Positions 16,666-26,441 of a DNA stretch of 32,000 bases are shown here, piece by piece (the stretch's first letter is position 1; each line of letters opens with the position of its first letter). A program made the position numbers and the translations under genes. The notes under the pieces were generated by a model. That model saw only the letters and a list, made by a program, of their open reading frames with translations, was not told the DNA's origin and did not search any database. This stretch comes from Acidothermus cellulolyticus 11B. Lineage in GTDB: Bacteria > Actinomycetota > Actinomycetes > Acidothermales > Acidothermaceae. The DNA lies in NCBI RefSeq assembly GCF_000015025.1, contig NC_008578.1:2370001-2402000 (forward strand), written 5' to 3'.

Positions 16666-17160
16666 TCATGCCGTTCGGCGTATTGCTTGAATCGCCCGGA
16701 CCCGCGAGTTCTGTAGTCTCCGCCGGTCGCCGAGCCGCCGGCGGAACATTCGCCGGCGGGGACGGGCGGCGTCCAGAATCAGGCTGAGGCCGATACCGAG
16801 CATCCAAACATCTTTTGCCAGCGGTGTGCCTTGGGCGGTGGGACGTATCCCGTCCTCCTTGGTGAGACCCGGCGTCTTCAGGTAAAGCCGGAGCAGTGCC
16901 GTTGAGAACGCCGTGAGTCCCAACCCGGCCGTGGCCGGCGGGACCATCGGGCTCAGCAACGCGCCACCAAGGGCGAGCTCGCCGAGGCCGAGAAGCCGGG
17001 CAAAAACGCGCGGGTCCAACCGCCGGACGAACGGGAAGGCCACACACGCGCGGTCGTGCCAGAGTTTGGCCGCGTCGTCCGTCGCGGCGAGTTTCTCCAC
17101 GCCGGAGTTGACGAGAAAAGCTCCGGTAGCCAGGCGCGTCGGCAGGTGACTGAGCTTCAT
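16666..17160 (-). CDS. Hypothetical integral membrane protein (3-4 TM helices, Arg-rich C-terminal tail)
   Basis: ORF track 164 aa. Hydrophobic segments: ATGAFLVNSGV, LLGLGELALGGALLSPMV, GLGLTAFSTALLRLYL, VWMLGIGLSLILDAA. Family not recognised. Confidence 0.6.
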   Translation of the reverse strand: MKLSHLPTRLATGAFLVNSGVEKLAATDDAAKLWHDRACVAFPFVRRLDPRVFARLLGLGELALGGALLSPMVPPATAGLGLTAFSTALLRLYLKTPGLTKEDGIRPTAQGTPLAKDVWMLGIGLSLILDAARPRRRMFRRRLGDRRRLQNSRVRAIQAIRRTA

Positions 17161-17265
17161 GATTCGTGCTTACCCCACGAGGTGATCCTTAGCGCCCGGC
17201 GGACGATGCGCTGCGGATCAACAAGCCTGCACGATGCCGTCAGGAGACCGCCGCGGCGATTGCCG

Positions 17266-18909
17266 TCAGGGAAATACCAGACGGAGATGGGCGACCACGC
17301 TCGAATCCCCGCCCGGGACCACGTAGAAGCCGAGACCACCGCCCGACCCGGCGTCCGTGGAGCTGTTCGTTCCAGGCTCCCGAGGGACGGCGAGATATCC
17401 GGCGGCGATCACGCGCGACGGCATGCCGTCGATAGCCGCCCGGTACAACGGATCATTCTGAAGCGCCGGACCTGCCAACGGCTGTGGCTTCGTGCTGATG
17501 ACGAAGGGGTGCCCAGGCGCGACGGTAAGAGCACGGCCGCCCGCCGCCCATCCACGCAGTGCGGCCGCGACCCGAGTCGCTGCAGCAGAATCCGTCGGCT
17601 CGGTCAGGACGGTGATGTCGGCGTCCTGCGGCTTGTCCGCCGCACCGGCCGGCCTGGAAATGCCGATCGCCAACGCGCTGCCGACGTAACCGTAAATGTC
17701 GTCCGGAAGATGAAGATCGGTCTGGCTCTGCAGGCTGCCGAGCTGATTTCCGAGGAAGGCGGAGGTAAGCGGATCACTGGACAGGCGGCCGAACAGGCTC
17801 TTGAGAACTTGATCCGGTCCGGCGAGCGCAACACCAAGTTGGGTGTCGGCCGGCAGGCGGCCCAACATACCGCTCAAATCCGCCAGGGGCGCCGTGGTCG
17901 CAGTTGCCCCGAGCACGCGGGCGTCTAGATCGAGAGACGTGGCATGCACTGTTCCGGCAAAAACGAGCCGTCCCTGTGCAGCTGCGGTGTCCACACTGCC
18001 CAGCAGACTGCCCGCCGCGCCCAGTGCCTTGGCTTCGTCCATCGCGAGCCGCGAAGCGGCCGCCAGATCGGCCCAACCGACTACCAGGTGACCGGATCCC
18101 AGCGATGCGACGTCGGTGGTGTACGTCCGCTGGTTGGCCAGGGATTGGTGCGGAACGTCCGCGAGTAGGTCATTGAGTGCCGCCGGTGAATCGGTGACGA
18201 CCGCGAAACCGTCGGTGATCCGATACGCCAGGTCGTTGCCGGGATTGTTCCGGCTCTTGACCAGTGCGGCGAGACCGCCGAGCGCCTGCTCGGCCTTCGC
18301 CGCATCCGTCACGTGGAGCAAGGCAAAACTGTGACGTTCCTGCCCGGAGGGAAAGACACCGATGGCAACCTCATCGCCGAGCCACGGTTTCACCATGGCG
18401 TCGTACTCGGCGGCATATCCGCCGAGAGCACGGCGCACGACCCAATCACGCAACGTCCGAGCATCCGTTACCCCCGAAAGAGCCGGAACATGGCGGGCAA
18501 ACGCGCCGACGTCGGTCCCGGCTGAACCTCCCGGGCTCACATTCACTTTGACGTAGAAGACCGTCGTCGCCGGCGCGAGCGAATCGATGCGGTCACCACC
18601 CTGATGCGCCGTGAGACGATACGCGGCAACTGCCGTCCCCGCAGCGACGAACGCAACGGCCACCCCAACGACCGCGGCCGTCCAACGCCATCGACGCTTC
18701 CCCTTGCCCGCCGGTACCTCGGGCCCCGGCGGAAGGACGTCGGCGGACCACGCCCCTGGACCCGACGGCGTCGGGACGGCCGGGGTGAGACCGGGCGATA
18801 CGGCGTCCGCCGGCGACGGTCCAGGTGCCCAGTGCTCTCCGCCCGAGCCGCCGCCAGCCGACGGCGAGCCGTCAGGTTGTCCGTAGGGGAGATCGTCAGT
18901 CATGGTCAC
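17266..18909 (-). CDS. Membrane-anchored protein with Pro-rich cytoplasmic N-terminus and large extracytoplasmic domain (DUF3352-like, cf. Rv0312)
   Basis: ORF track 547 aa. A Pro/Gly-rich first 70 aa is followed by a KRRWRW stop-transfer and TM helix (TAAVVGVAVAFVAAGTAVAAY), then ~450 aa of Ala/Leu/Gly-rich domain. The DUF3352 assignment is from memory of this architecture and its position near dcd. Confidence 0.6.
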   Translation of the reverse strand: MTMTDDLPYGQPDGSPSAGGGSGGEHWAPGPSPADAVSPGLTPAVPTPSGPGAWSADVLPPGPEVPAGKGKRRWRWTAAVVGVAVAFVAAGTAVAAYRLTAHQGGDRIDSLAPATTVFYVKVNVSPGGSAGTDVGAFARHVPALSGVTDARTLRDWVVRRALGGYAAEYDAMVKPWLGDEVAIGVFPSGQERHSFALLHVTDAAKAEQALGGLAALVKSRNNPGNDLAYRITDGFAVVTDSPAALNDLLADVPHQSLANQRTYTTDVASLGSGHLVVGWADLAAASRLAMDEAKALGAAGSLLGSVDTAAAQGRLVFAGTVHATSLDLDARVLGATATTAPLADLSGMLGRLPADTQLGVALAGPDQVLKSLFGRLSSDPLTSAFLGNQLGSLQSQTDLHLPDDIYGYVGSALAIGISRPAGAADKPQDADITVLTEPTDSAAATRVAAALRGWAAGGRALTVAPGHPFVISTKPQPLAGPALQNDPLYRAAIDGMPSRVIAAGYLAVPREPGTNSSTDAGSGGGLGFYVVPGGDSSVVAHLRLVFP

Positions 18910-18951
18910 ATTCTCGGCAACCGGACCGTCAAAACCAAGCGATTATTCGAT

Positions 18952-18991
18952 CGAGTGGAAAACGGTACGGGGACGAGTGGAAAACGGTACG
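18952..18991. repeat. Two perfect 18-bp direct repeats (22-bp period) in the promoter region of the 17266-18909 gene
   Basis: CGAGTGGAAAACGGTACG occurs at 18952-18969 and 18974-18991. On the gene's strand this reads CGTACCGTTTTCCACTCG, 43-82 nt upstream of the ATG. Confidence 0.85.
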
Positions 18992-19253
18992 CGGACACGC
19001 TTCGGAGCAATGCCGGTCGGTTCGGCTCGGTCTAGAGCGGACGGCGCGCGCCGCGCCTGGCGAGCCAGCCGGCGGGAGAGCCGAAGCGTCGATGCGGACC
19101 TGCTGGATGCGTACCCGGCGATCTCCTGCGCGAAGAGCGACCCCTGGCGGCATGCGGAGGTTACCCTGCACCCTCACCACACGCAGAGACCGAGGCCGCG
19201 CTCGCGCCGACCCAGCGCAACGGTGGTACCGCACCTTCCGTGCACAGGGGCCG

Positions 19254-19324
19254 AGCGGGTGACGGGAATCGAACCCGCATTATCAGCTTGGGAAGCTGAC
19301 GTTCTGCCATTGAACTACACCCGC
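19254..19324 (-). tRNA. tRNA-Gly (anticodon CCC)
   Basis: Manual fold of the reverse complement. Acceptor GCGGGUG/CACCCGC; D-arm GUUC-AAUGGCA-GAAC; anticodon stem UCAGC/GCUGA with loop UUCCCAA (CCC); T-arm GCGGG-UUCGAUU-CCCGU; discriminator U. 71 nt. Confidence 0.92.
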
Positions 19325-19410
19325 GGACGCGCCTGATAGTACCGGACGCCGCGGCCCCTTCCGCACCGAGCGACGAGCCTGGTGGGCACGCCGCCCGGTC
19401 GAGGTCGCAG

Positions 19411-19599
19411 GGTGGCGCATGCCGGTGTGCCGACGATCCCGGGGGGAGCGGACAACCGCCGATGGATTGGGCGCCCACAGCCGAGGTCCCGGCCGGTCGC
19501 GGAATGTGCCGACGATCCGGGGACGCGGACGCTACCCGGTGGCGCTTGTGGCGTGCCGCGCTGGTGTGCCGACGCTCCGGGAGGCCACACACACCGCCC
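19411..19599. repeat. Three degenerate ~30-nt direct repeats between tRNA-Gly and dcd
   Basis: GTGCCGACGATCCCGGGGGGAGCGGAC (19427), GTGCCGACGATCCGGGGACGCGGAC (19506) and GTGCCGACGCTCCGGGAGGCCAC (19566). GGTGGCGC also recurs at 19411 and 19539. Confidence 0.6.
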
Positions 19600-19646
19600 A
19601 ACCGGCCGTCGAGGCACAGCATCCCGCCACCCGGTAGATTGCGCCC

Positions 19647-20222
19647 GTGCTCCTCTCCGACCGCGACATCCGCGCCGAGCTCGCCTCCGGCCGCGTCACG
19701 ATCGACCCATTTGATCCGGCCATGATTCAACCGTCGAGCATCGACGTCCGGCTCGACAAGTACTTCCGGGTGTTCGAAAACCACCGATATCCCCATATCG
19801 ACCCAGCGGTCGAGCAACCGGACCTGACCCGGCTCGTGGAGACGGAAGGCGACGAACCGTTCATCCTTCACCCGGGGGAGTTCGTCCTCGCGAGCACTTA
19901 TGAAGTGATCGCCCTGCCCGATGATCTCGCCGGCCGTCTCGAAGGAAAGTCAAGTCTCGGTCGTCTCGGCCTCCTCACTCACTCGACCGCCGGTTGGATC
20001 GACCCCGGCTTCACGGGTCACGTCACCCTCGAATTGTCGAACGTCGCGACCTTGCCGATCAAGCTGTGGCCGGGGATGAAGATCGGTCAGCTCTGCCTGT
20101 TCCGAACCTCATCGCCCGCCGAGCATCCCTACGGTTCGCCTGTTTATGGCTCCCGGTATCAGGGGCAACGCGGACCCACCCCGAGCCGTAGTTGGCAGAA
20201 TTTTCACCGCACGAAGATTTGA
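19647..20222 (+). CDS. dcd: dCTP deaminase (actinobacterial bifunctional dCTP deaminase/dUTPase type)
   Basis: ORF track 191 aa, GTG start. (M)[30 protein letters not shown] and [32 protein letters not shown] are canonical Dcd blocks. Confidence 0.93.
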   Translation: MLLSDRDIRAELASGRVTIDPFDPAMIQPSSIDVRLDKYFRVFENHRYPHIDPAVEQPDLTRLVETEGDEPFILHPGEFVLASTYEVIALPDDLAGRLEGKSSLGRLGLLTHSTAGWIDPGFTGHVTLELSNVATLPIKLWPGMKIGQLCLFRTSSPAEHPYGSPVYGSRYQGQRGPTPSRSWQNFHRTKI

Positions 20223-20228
20223 CCGGCG

Positions 20229-22280
20229 TCATCGACCCGGTCCGTCATCGATCGGCGCGGCGAGCGCGTCGAGAAGCAGTTCTCCGACGTCCCGGACGGC
20301 GGGCCGCGGTCCGTTCGGTCGCCGGTCATTCACCGCGTCACCGAGCATGACCCGGCAGTACGGGCACGCCGTCGCGATGACGTCGGGGTCGGCGGCCAAA
20401 GCTTCGTCAATCCGCTCGTGATTGATGCGCTTGCCGATACGCTCCTCCATCCACATGCGGGCACCCCCGGCACCGCAGCAGAAACTCCGGTCGCGGCACC
20501 GCGGCATTTCCTGAATGTCCACGCCCGGAATGCCCGCGACGATCCGTCGCGGCGCGTCGTACATCCCGTTGTGCCGTCCGAGAAAGCAGGGATCGTGGTA
20601 GGTCACCCGGGCGTGCAGGTCACGGTCGAGACGCAGCCGACCCGAGGTGACGAGCTGCTCCAGCAACTGGCTGTGGTGGATGACCGGAAAAGTCCCGCCG
20701 AGCTGCGGATATTCCCGGCCAAGCGTGTTGAAACAGTGCGGGCAGCCGGTAAGTATCGCCGGCGGTTGCAGCTGCGTCAGAACCTCAATGTTTTGCCGAG
20801 CCAGCATCTGGTAGAGGAATTCGTTGCCGATCCGCCGGGCGGGATCCCCGGTGCAGGCCTCCGCCGGCCCCAGGACGGCAAACCGCACACCGGCGGCCGT
20901 CAGGAGCTGCGCCAACGCGCGAGTCGCCCGACGCGCCCGCTCGTCGAAGGCCCCGGCGCAGCCGACCCACCACAGATAGTCGACGTCGCCAGGAAGCGGT
21001 CGGCTCGGATCCGCGACCGCAACCTCCACGCCAAGGTCGTCGGCCCATTGGAGGCGCGCAGAATCCGGCATGCCCCACGGATTCCCGCGCTGCTCCAGAT
21101 TCCGCAGCAGGCCGGCCGCCTCGGCCGGAAACGCCGACTCCATCAGAACTTGGTGCCGACGCAGCTGGCTGATGTGGTCGAGATGTTCGATGTCGACCGG
21201 GCATTCATGCACGCACGCCCCGCAATTCGTGCAGGCCCACAGGGCTTCGGGGTCGATGACGCCGCCGCCGGACGGCCCGACGAGCGGCCGAGTCCCGTCG
21301 GAGCCGCCCGTGAGCAGATAGTCCCGCAAGTCGGTGATGATGAGTTTCGGATTGAGCGGCTTGCCGGTGTTCCACGCCGGGCATTGCGACTGACACCGGC
21401 CGCACTCCGTGCAGCTCAACAGGTCGAGCCGAGCCTTGCGGCTGACATCGGCGATGTGACCCCAGCCGATGACGTCGTCGTCGCGCGGATTCTCGAAATC
21501 GACGATGTGGTCAGCGGAAACGACCGGCATGAGCGGACCCAGGCCATCGGGCCGCCGGGCGAAGAAGACATTGAGCGGCGCGGTCACGATGTGCAGATGC
21601 TTGGAGTACGTGATGAGAATGAGAAACCCGAGAATGACGACCAATTGTGCCAGCACGAAAAAGGTCTCGATGCCCTGATTGACCGCACCAGCAGGCAGCG
21701 CCTGCGCGACCAACCACGACGCAAACGACCATTGGTACGGCCGGTACGGGAAATGGCCGGTATTGATCTGGGCCCCGCGATAGACCAGCAGAGTGGCGAT
21801 GACGGCGAAAATCATCCCGAGAATCGCCCACGCCATGCCGGTGTGCGATCGGTGGAAGCGCGACCAACGCCCTAACCGGCGCGGCGTCTGCCGGTAGCGA
21901 ATCGCCGTGAAAATGCCCAGCGCCGCGAGGACGGCGACGGCGAACACGTCCTCGATGAAACCCAAGCCGGCCCAGTGCCCAATGCCAAAGCGCGGATCGA
22001 CAAGATCGCCGTAGGTTTCCGCAATTGTCAGCGTCAAGACGACAAATCCCCAGAAGGTTGCCGCGTGCGCAATCCCCGGCCATCGCCACTGTACGAGCCG
22101 GCGTTGGCCAAAAACCTCGGCGGCAATTCCGTGGAAACCTTTGATGGCGGCGACTCGACCGGCCCCCCACCGTTCGACCGGCGGTCCGCCGGCAAGCACC
22201 CGCCGCGCCAACCACGACAACCGCCAGCCCGCCACGACGAGTGCAACACCGGTAACGACGAGGCCGATGACCAAGCGCAC
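20229..22280 (-). CDS. Membrane-bound iron-sulfur oxidoreductase (NarI-like TM domain + 2x[4Fe-4S] + two CCG domains; Rv0338c/HdrD-like)
   Basis: ORF track 683 aa. The ~250-aa N-terminus has multiple TM helices. Ferredoxin motifs are CTECGRCQSQCP and CTNCGACVHECP. Two CCG-type Cys-rich domains are present (WWVGCAGAFD...GCPHC; DPCFLG...SFCCGAGG..CPYC). Confidence 0.85.
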   Translation of the reverse strand: MRLVIGLVVTGVALVVAGWRLSWLARRVLAGGPPVERWGAGRVAAIKGFHGIAAEVFGQRRLVQWRWPGIAHAATFWGFVVLTLTIAETYGDLVDPRFGIGHWAGLGFIEDVFAVAVLAALGIFTAIRYRQTPRRLGRWSRFHRSHTGMAWAILGMIFAVIATLLVYRGAQINTGHFPYRPYQWSFASWLVAQALPAGAVNQGIETFFVLAQLVVILGFLILITYSKHLHIVTAPLNVFFARRPDGLGPLMPVVSADHIVDFENPRDDDVIGWGHIADVSRKARLDLLSCTECGRCQSQCPAWNTGKPLNPKLIITDLRDYLLTGGSDGTRPLVGPSGGGVIDPEALWACTNCGACVHECPVDIEHLDHISQLRRHQVLMESAFPAEAAGLLRNLEQRGNPWGMPDSARLQWADDLGVEVAVADPSRPLPGDVDYLWWVGCAGAFDERARRATRALAQLLTAAGVRFAVLGPAEACTGDPARRIGNEFLYQMLARQNIEVLTQLQPPAILTGCPHCFNTLGREYPQLGGTFPVIHHSQLLEQLVTSGRLRLDRDLHARVTYHDPCFLGRHNGMYDAPRRIVAGIPGVDIQEMPRCRDRSFCCGAGGARMWMEERIGKRINHERIDEALAADPDVIATACPYCRVMLGDAVNDRRPNGPRPAVRDVGELLLDALAAPIDDGPGR

Positions 22281-22416
22281 GGGCGCTCCTCTCGGTGACG
22301 GCTCCGGCGAATCCCGCTGGCGTCATCGTGCCTTACGGTCGTCCCGCGGCGGCCGGCTCCCCCGCGAATTGCTGCTCACCGGCCGACTCCCTAGGCTCAG
22401 CAGAACACCGGGACGG

Positions 22417-23631
22417 CTAGAGCCGATCAGCACCGCCGGACCGACGGTACGCGGTGAGGAGCTCGTCGCAGGCTGCCGCATCGCAGGCCTCGGCTATGTC
22501 GGAATGCTCCGCGCCCGCCGCATAACCCGCGCCGGCCGCATAACCCGTGCCGGCCGGCTCACGCGGTGGAATCCGGAGAGCCGAAACGGCCGCGAGGCGA
22601 AGCGACGTCGCGGCGTGCGCATCGTCCACGCGACCGGCCGGCGAGCGGTGATGCCTGGTGGCACGCCACTGCCTGCACGCCGCCGAGAGTTCCGCCACAT
22701 CGAGGTCGAGCCCGCGCTCCTCGCGTTCGGCAAGCCAGTCCGCAAGCGCGTCACGCCAGAAATAGCTGCCCAACCAGCGCTGCGCCGCCTCACCACCGAC
22801 AACGCGCACGGTCTCGACGTCCGCCGCGTGCTCGGCGCACTGAGCGCACCGGGCAATTTCGGCGCGCAGCGCGATCTGCCACTGCGCGACCAGCCGATAC
22901 GGCACATACACCAACGCATTCGTCGCGGCTAAGGTCAACGAGCCGCGCGGGGGGTGCGCAGGCGCGATCCCAGGCCGGCGGCGTACGACGTCGCGAGGGG
23001 TCAGTGGACGGAGCGCCCGGCACCACCGGCTCACCCCGGCGTCCGCGTTCCGAATCCACCCGCAACCACGGGGATCCGCCGGCCGGTTCTCCGAGCGGTA
23101 CCGCCGCGGGAGGGCATGCGACAGGTAGTGCACGAGCAGGCAGGCCCGCTCCTCCGGCTCCGCCGCCACCCACCGCGGTACGCCAAGGAGCAGAATGCGG
23201 CGACCGCGCCACCCGACGATGCGCAGATCGACGACGTCGTGGCGGATCAGGGCAATTCCCGCCGGGGGAGGGAGACCCGCGCGACGGCAGTAGGCCGCTA
23301 TGGCAGCGCCGAAGCGCGGCAGGTCAGCGAGGGGAACGGGCCGCAGCCGGCGGCCGGACGGCGGCCAGGGCGCGGTCCGCAACGCGAGCGCCGCGACGGC
23401 CGCGGCGCTGATCCCGGAGACGAGAGCACTCATCGGCCGGGTGAGCACGAGCCAGATCGCAAAGCCAAGCAACGCGGCAGTGAGCGCGTAACCCGCCCCC
23501 GCAAGTGTGATCAACCGAAAGCTCAGTCCGCCGTTGCCAACCGCCGACGGCGCCGCAGCTTCCTGGTATGCCCGATCCAACCGCCCGGCGGACCCTCGAC
23601 CGGAGACCGGCGGCCGCGTGAAGACCACCAT
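22417..23631 (-). CDS. Membrane protein with M48-peptidase-like architecture but degenerate active-site motif (HYLSH in place of HExxH)
   Basis: ORF track 404 aa. Two N-terminal TM helices are followed by the layout typical of M48/M56 peptidases (..RRAGLPPP..IALIRHDV.....G..RILLLG.P.W.....EERACLLVHYLSHA). Both His are retained at HxxxH spacing but the catalytic Glu is Tyr. The family call is by eye only. Confidence 0.5.
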   Translation of the reverse strand: MVVFTRPPVSGRGSAGRLDRAYQEAAAPSAVGNGGLSFRLITLAGAGYALTAALLGFAIWLVLTRPMSALVSGISAAAVAALALRTAPWPPSGRRLRPVPLADLPRFGAAIAAYCRRAGLPPPAGIALIRHDVVDLRIVGWRGRRILLLGVPRWVAAEPEERACLLVHYLSHALPRRYRSENRPADPRGCGWIRNADAGVSRWCRALRPLTPRDVVRRRPGIAPAHPPRGSLTLAATNALVYVPYRLVAQWQIALRAEIARCAQCAEHAADVETVRVVGGEAAQRWLGSYFWRDALADWLAEREERGLDLDVAELSAACRQWRATRHHRSPAGRVDDAHAATSLRLAAVSALRIPPREPAGTGYAAGAGYAAGAEHSDIAEACDAAACDELLTAYRRSGGADRL

Positions 23632-23672
23632 TCGACTGTATGGGCCGCACGATCAATCGACGGGAAGCAGGT

Positions 23673-23718
23673 TTGCCCAGCGGGCTGGCTCACATAATAT
23701 GAGTCGAGACGACTCAAC
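23673..23718 (+). promoter_or_regulatory. dnaK-operon promoter with HspR operator (HAIR-like inverted repeat)
   Basis: TTGCCC (23673-23678), a 16-nt spacer, then TAATAT (23695-23700). TGAGT-CGAGACG-ACTCA (23700-23716) follows, i.e. TATGAGT-N7-ACTCAAC versus the HAIR consensus CTTGAGT-N7-ACTCAAG. The SD GGAGGAGAGG and the dnaK ATG at 23734 come next. Confidence 0.7.
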
Positions 23719-23733
23719 TCTGGAGGAGAGGCC

Positions 23734-25590
23734 ATGGCACGTGCGGTCGGAATCGACCTCGGTACCACCAACTCTGTGATCGCCGTCCTTGAGGGCGGCG
23801 AACCGACAGTGATCCCCAACGCGGAAGGGTCACGCACCACGCCGTCGGTGGTCGCGTTCGCTAAGAACGGCGAGGTGCTCGTTGGTGAAGTGGCCAAACG
23901 ACAGGCGGTCACCAACGCGGAGCGGACCATCCGTTCGGTCAAGCGGCACATGGGCACGAACTGGACGATCGACATCGACGGCAAGAAATACACGCCGCAA
24001 GAGATCAGTGCCCGTATCCTGATGAAACTCAAGCGCGACGCCGAGGCATACCTGGGCGAGCAGATCAGCGACGCGGTCATCACGGTTCCGGCGTACTTCA
24101 ACGACGCGCAACGCCAGGCAACCAAGGAGGCCGGCCAAATCGCCGGACTCAACGTGCTCCGGATCATCAACGAGCCGACGGCGGCGGCGCTGGCCTACGG
24201 GCTGGACAAGGGTGAGAAAGAGCAGACGATTCTCGTCTTCGACCTCGGCGGCGGCACCTTCGACGTCTCCCTCCTCGAAATCGGCGAGGGAATCGTCGAA
24301 GTCAAAGCCACCAGCGGCGACACCCACCTCGGTGGTGACGACTGGGACCAGCGCATCGTCGACCACCTCGTCACCACGTTCAAGAACCAGCACGGGATCG
24401 ACTTGTCAAAAGACAAGATGGCCATGCAGCGGCTCAAGGAAGCCGCCGAGCGGGCGAAGATCGAGCTGTCCTCCGCGATGGAGACGACCATCAATCTGCC
24501 GTACATCACGGCCAGCTCGGAAGGCCCGCTCCACCTGGAGGTGAAGCTCACCCGGTCGGAATTCCAGCGGATGACCGCGGACCTGCTCGAGCGGTGCAAG
24601 GGGCCGTTCAATCAGGCAATCAAGGACGCCGGCATCACCGTGAACCAGATCGACCACGTCATTCTCGTCGGCGGCTCAACCCGGATGCCCGCGGTTGTCG
24701 ACCTGGTCCGCGAACTGACCGGCGGCAAGGAGCCGAACAAGGGCGTCAACCCTGACGAAGTCGTCGCCGTCGGCGCATGTCTGCAGGCCGGCGTCCTCAA
24801 GGGTGAAGTGAAGGACGTCCTGCTCCTCGACGTCACACCGCTCTCCCTCGGCATCGAGACGAAGGGCGGCGTGTTCACCAAGCTCATCGAGCGGAACACC
24901 ACGATCCCGACGCGCCGGTCGGAAATCTTCACGACGGCGGAAGACAACCAGCCGAGCGTGCAGATCCAGGTGTACCAAGGAGAGCGGGAAATCGCCGCGT
25001 ACAACAAGAAACTCGGAATGTTCGAGTTGACCGGCCTGCCGCCTGCGCCGCGCGGCGTCCCGCAGATCGAGGTCACCTTCGACATTGACGCCAACGGCAT
25101 CGTGCATGTCTCCGCAAAAGACCTCGCCACCGGAAAAGAGCAATCCATGACGATTACCGGCGGGTCGGCGCTTCCCAAGGAAGAAATTGAGCGCATGATG
25201 CGCGACGCCGAAGCGCACGCCGAAGAAGACCGGCGGCGGCGCGAAGAGGCGGAAGCCCGCAACCAGGCGGACACGCTCATCTACCAGACCGAGAAATTCC
25301 TGCGGGAGAACGCCGACAAGGTGCCTGCCGCGGAGAAGGCAAACGTCGAGACGGCCATCGCGAATCTGAAGAAGGCGATGGAGGGCAGCGACGTCACGGC
25401 GATTCGTTCGGCCACCGAGCAGCTCGCCACCGAAAGTCAGAAGCTGGGCGCGGCGATGTACGCCGCGACGCAGGCGGCCGCCGGTGGATCGAGCGGATCA
25501 GCGACCGGCGCGACCGGCAGTGCGTCCGGTTCGGCCGGCAAGGACGACGAAGTGGTCGATGCGGAAATCGTCGACGAGGGTGAGAAGTGA
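23734..25590 (+). CDS. dnaK: Molecular chaperone DnaK (Hsp70)
   Basis: ORF track 618 aa. [36 protein letters not shown] and the C-terminal [10 protein letters not shown] tail. Confidence 0.99.
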   Translation: MARAVGIDLGTTNSVIAVLEGGEPTVIPNAEGSRTTPSVVAFAKNGEVLVGEVAKRQAVTNAERTIRSVKRHMGTNWTIDIDGKKYTPQEISARILMKLKRDAEAYLGEQISDAVITVPAYFNDAQRQATKEAGQIAGLNVLRIINEPTAAALAYGLDKGEKEQTILVFDLGGGTFDVSLLEIGEGIVEVKATSGDTHLGGDDWDQRIVDHLVTTFKNQHGIDLSKDKMAMQRLKEAAERAKIELSSAMETTINLPYITASSEGPLHLEVKLTRSEFQRMTADLLERCKGPFNQAIKDAGITVNQIDHVILVGGSTRMPAVVDLVRELTGGKEPNKGVNPDEVVAVGACLQAGVLKGEVKDVLLLDVTPLSLGIETKGGVFTKLIERNTTIPTRRSEIFTTAEDNQPSVQIQVYQGEREIAAYNKKLGMFELTGLPPAPRGVPQIEVTFDIDANGIVHVSAKDLATGKEQSMTITGGSALPKEEIERMMRDAEAHAEEDRRRREEAEARNQADTLIYQTEKFLRENADKVPAAEKANVETAIANLKKAMEGSDVTAIRSATEQLATESQKLGAAMYAATQAAAGGSSGSATGATGSASGSAGKDDEVVDAEIVDEGEK

Positions 25591-26390
25591 GCGAGCGTGA
25601 GGAGCCTGTCATTCGCGACAAGCGGCGTGTGAGATTCGATCCGCTGCTCGGTGCCGTCCCCGGCGGGACGGCACCGGGTGAGGCGGCGCATGCGGCGTCG
25701 GCGCCCGCGGCGCACAGTGCGGACGCCGCGTCGACGCACCCCACCGGCGGGTCGGCGCCGGCGGCGGACGCCGGTCTGCCGTCGCCTGACGATGCCGAGC
25801 GCGCCAAATTAGCGGCGGAAGTGGAGCAGCTGCGCAATCTGGTCGCCGAGCGGACGGCGGATCTGCAACGGGTCCAGGCGGAGTACGCGAATTACCGAAA
25901 GCGGGTGGAACGCGACCGGGCGCTGGTCCGCGACCTCGCGGTGGCCGACACACTTGCCCTGTTGCTTCCGGTCCTTGACGACATCGGCCGGGCCCGAGCG
26001 CACGGCGAACTCGAGGGCGGCTTCAAGCAAGTCGCCGAATCATTCGAGGCGATTGTCACCAAGCTTGGGCTGGTGGCATTCGGCGATGTCGGCGAACCGT
26101 TCGACCCGACACGACACGAGGCCCTCATGCATGCGTACTCCGACGAGGTCACCCAACCGACCGTCGTTGAGGTATTCGCGCCCGGTTACACGTACGCCGG
26201 GCGGATCATCCGGCCGGCCAGAGTCTCCGTGGCGGAACCAACCGTGGCGCTGCCGGACGATACGCCGCCCGACGGCACGGCCGCGGAAGCCGGAGCAGCC
26301 GGCGCCGGCACTGCAGGCGGCGCCGACGGCCGTACGACGTCGTCGGAGCCGAATGCTTCCGGTCCGGACACGCCGCACGCCAACGCATAA
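25587..26390 (+). CDS. grpE: Nucleotide exchange factor GrpE (long Ala/Pro-rich N- and C-terminal extensions)
   Basis: ORF track 267 aa. Its GTG start overlaps the dnaK TGA (GTGA). The core reads [17 protein letters not shown]...[11 protein letters not shown]...[11 protein letters not shown]...V.EVF.PGY....R.IRPARV. Confidence 0.95.
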   Translation: MSEREEPVIRDKRRVRFDPLLGAVPGGTAPGEAAHAASAPAAHSADAASTHPTGGSAPAADAGLPSPDDAERAKLAAEVEQLRNLVAERTADLQRVQAEYANYRKRVERDRALVRDLAVADTLALLLPVLDDIGRARAHGELEGGFKQVAESFEAIVTKLGLVAFGDVGEPFDPTRHEALMHAYSDEVTQPTVVEVFAPGYTYAGRIIRPARVSVAEPTVALPDDTPPDGTAAEAGAAGAGTAGGADGRTTSSEPNASGPDTPHANA

Positions 26391-26441
26391 CCGCATGCCG
26401 CAACAGTCGTCAGGAAAGGAGGGACGCCGGGTGGCCGCGTC

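Noticed and set aside
13924-17271. Recurrence of CCGTCAGG (13924, 13963, 17234, 17263) near the 3' ends of minus-strand genes; considered as a shared terminator or processing motif
   Set aside because: It is an 8-mer in about 70% GC DNA. One copy simply contains a stop codon, and no common flanking structure is present. Too likely to be coincidence.
16542-19599. Direct repeats at 16542-16644, 18952-18991 and 19411-19599; considered as a CRISPR array or MITEs
   Set aside because: Only two or three copies each. Units and spacers do not have CRISPR-like sizes or regularity, no cas genes are present, and no terminal inverted repeats or target-site duplications are visible. They are reported as plain repeats.
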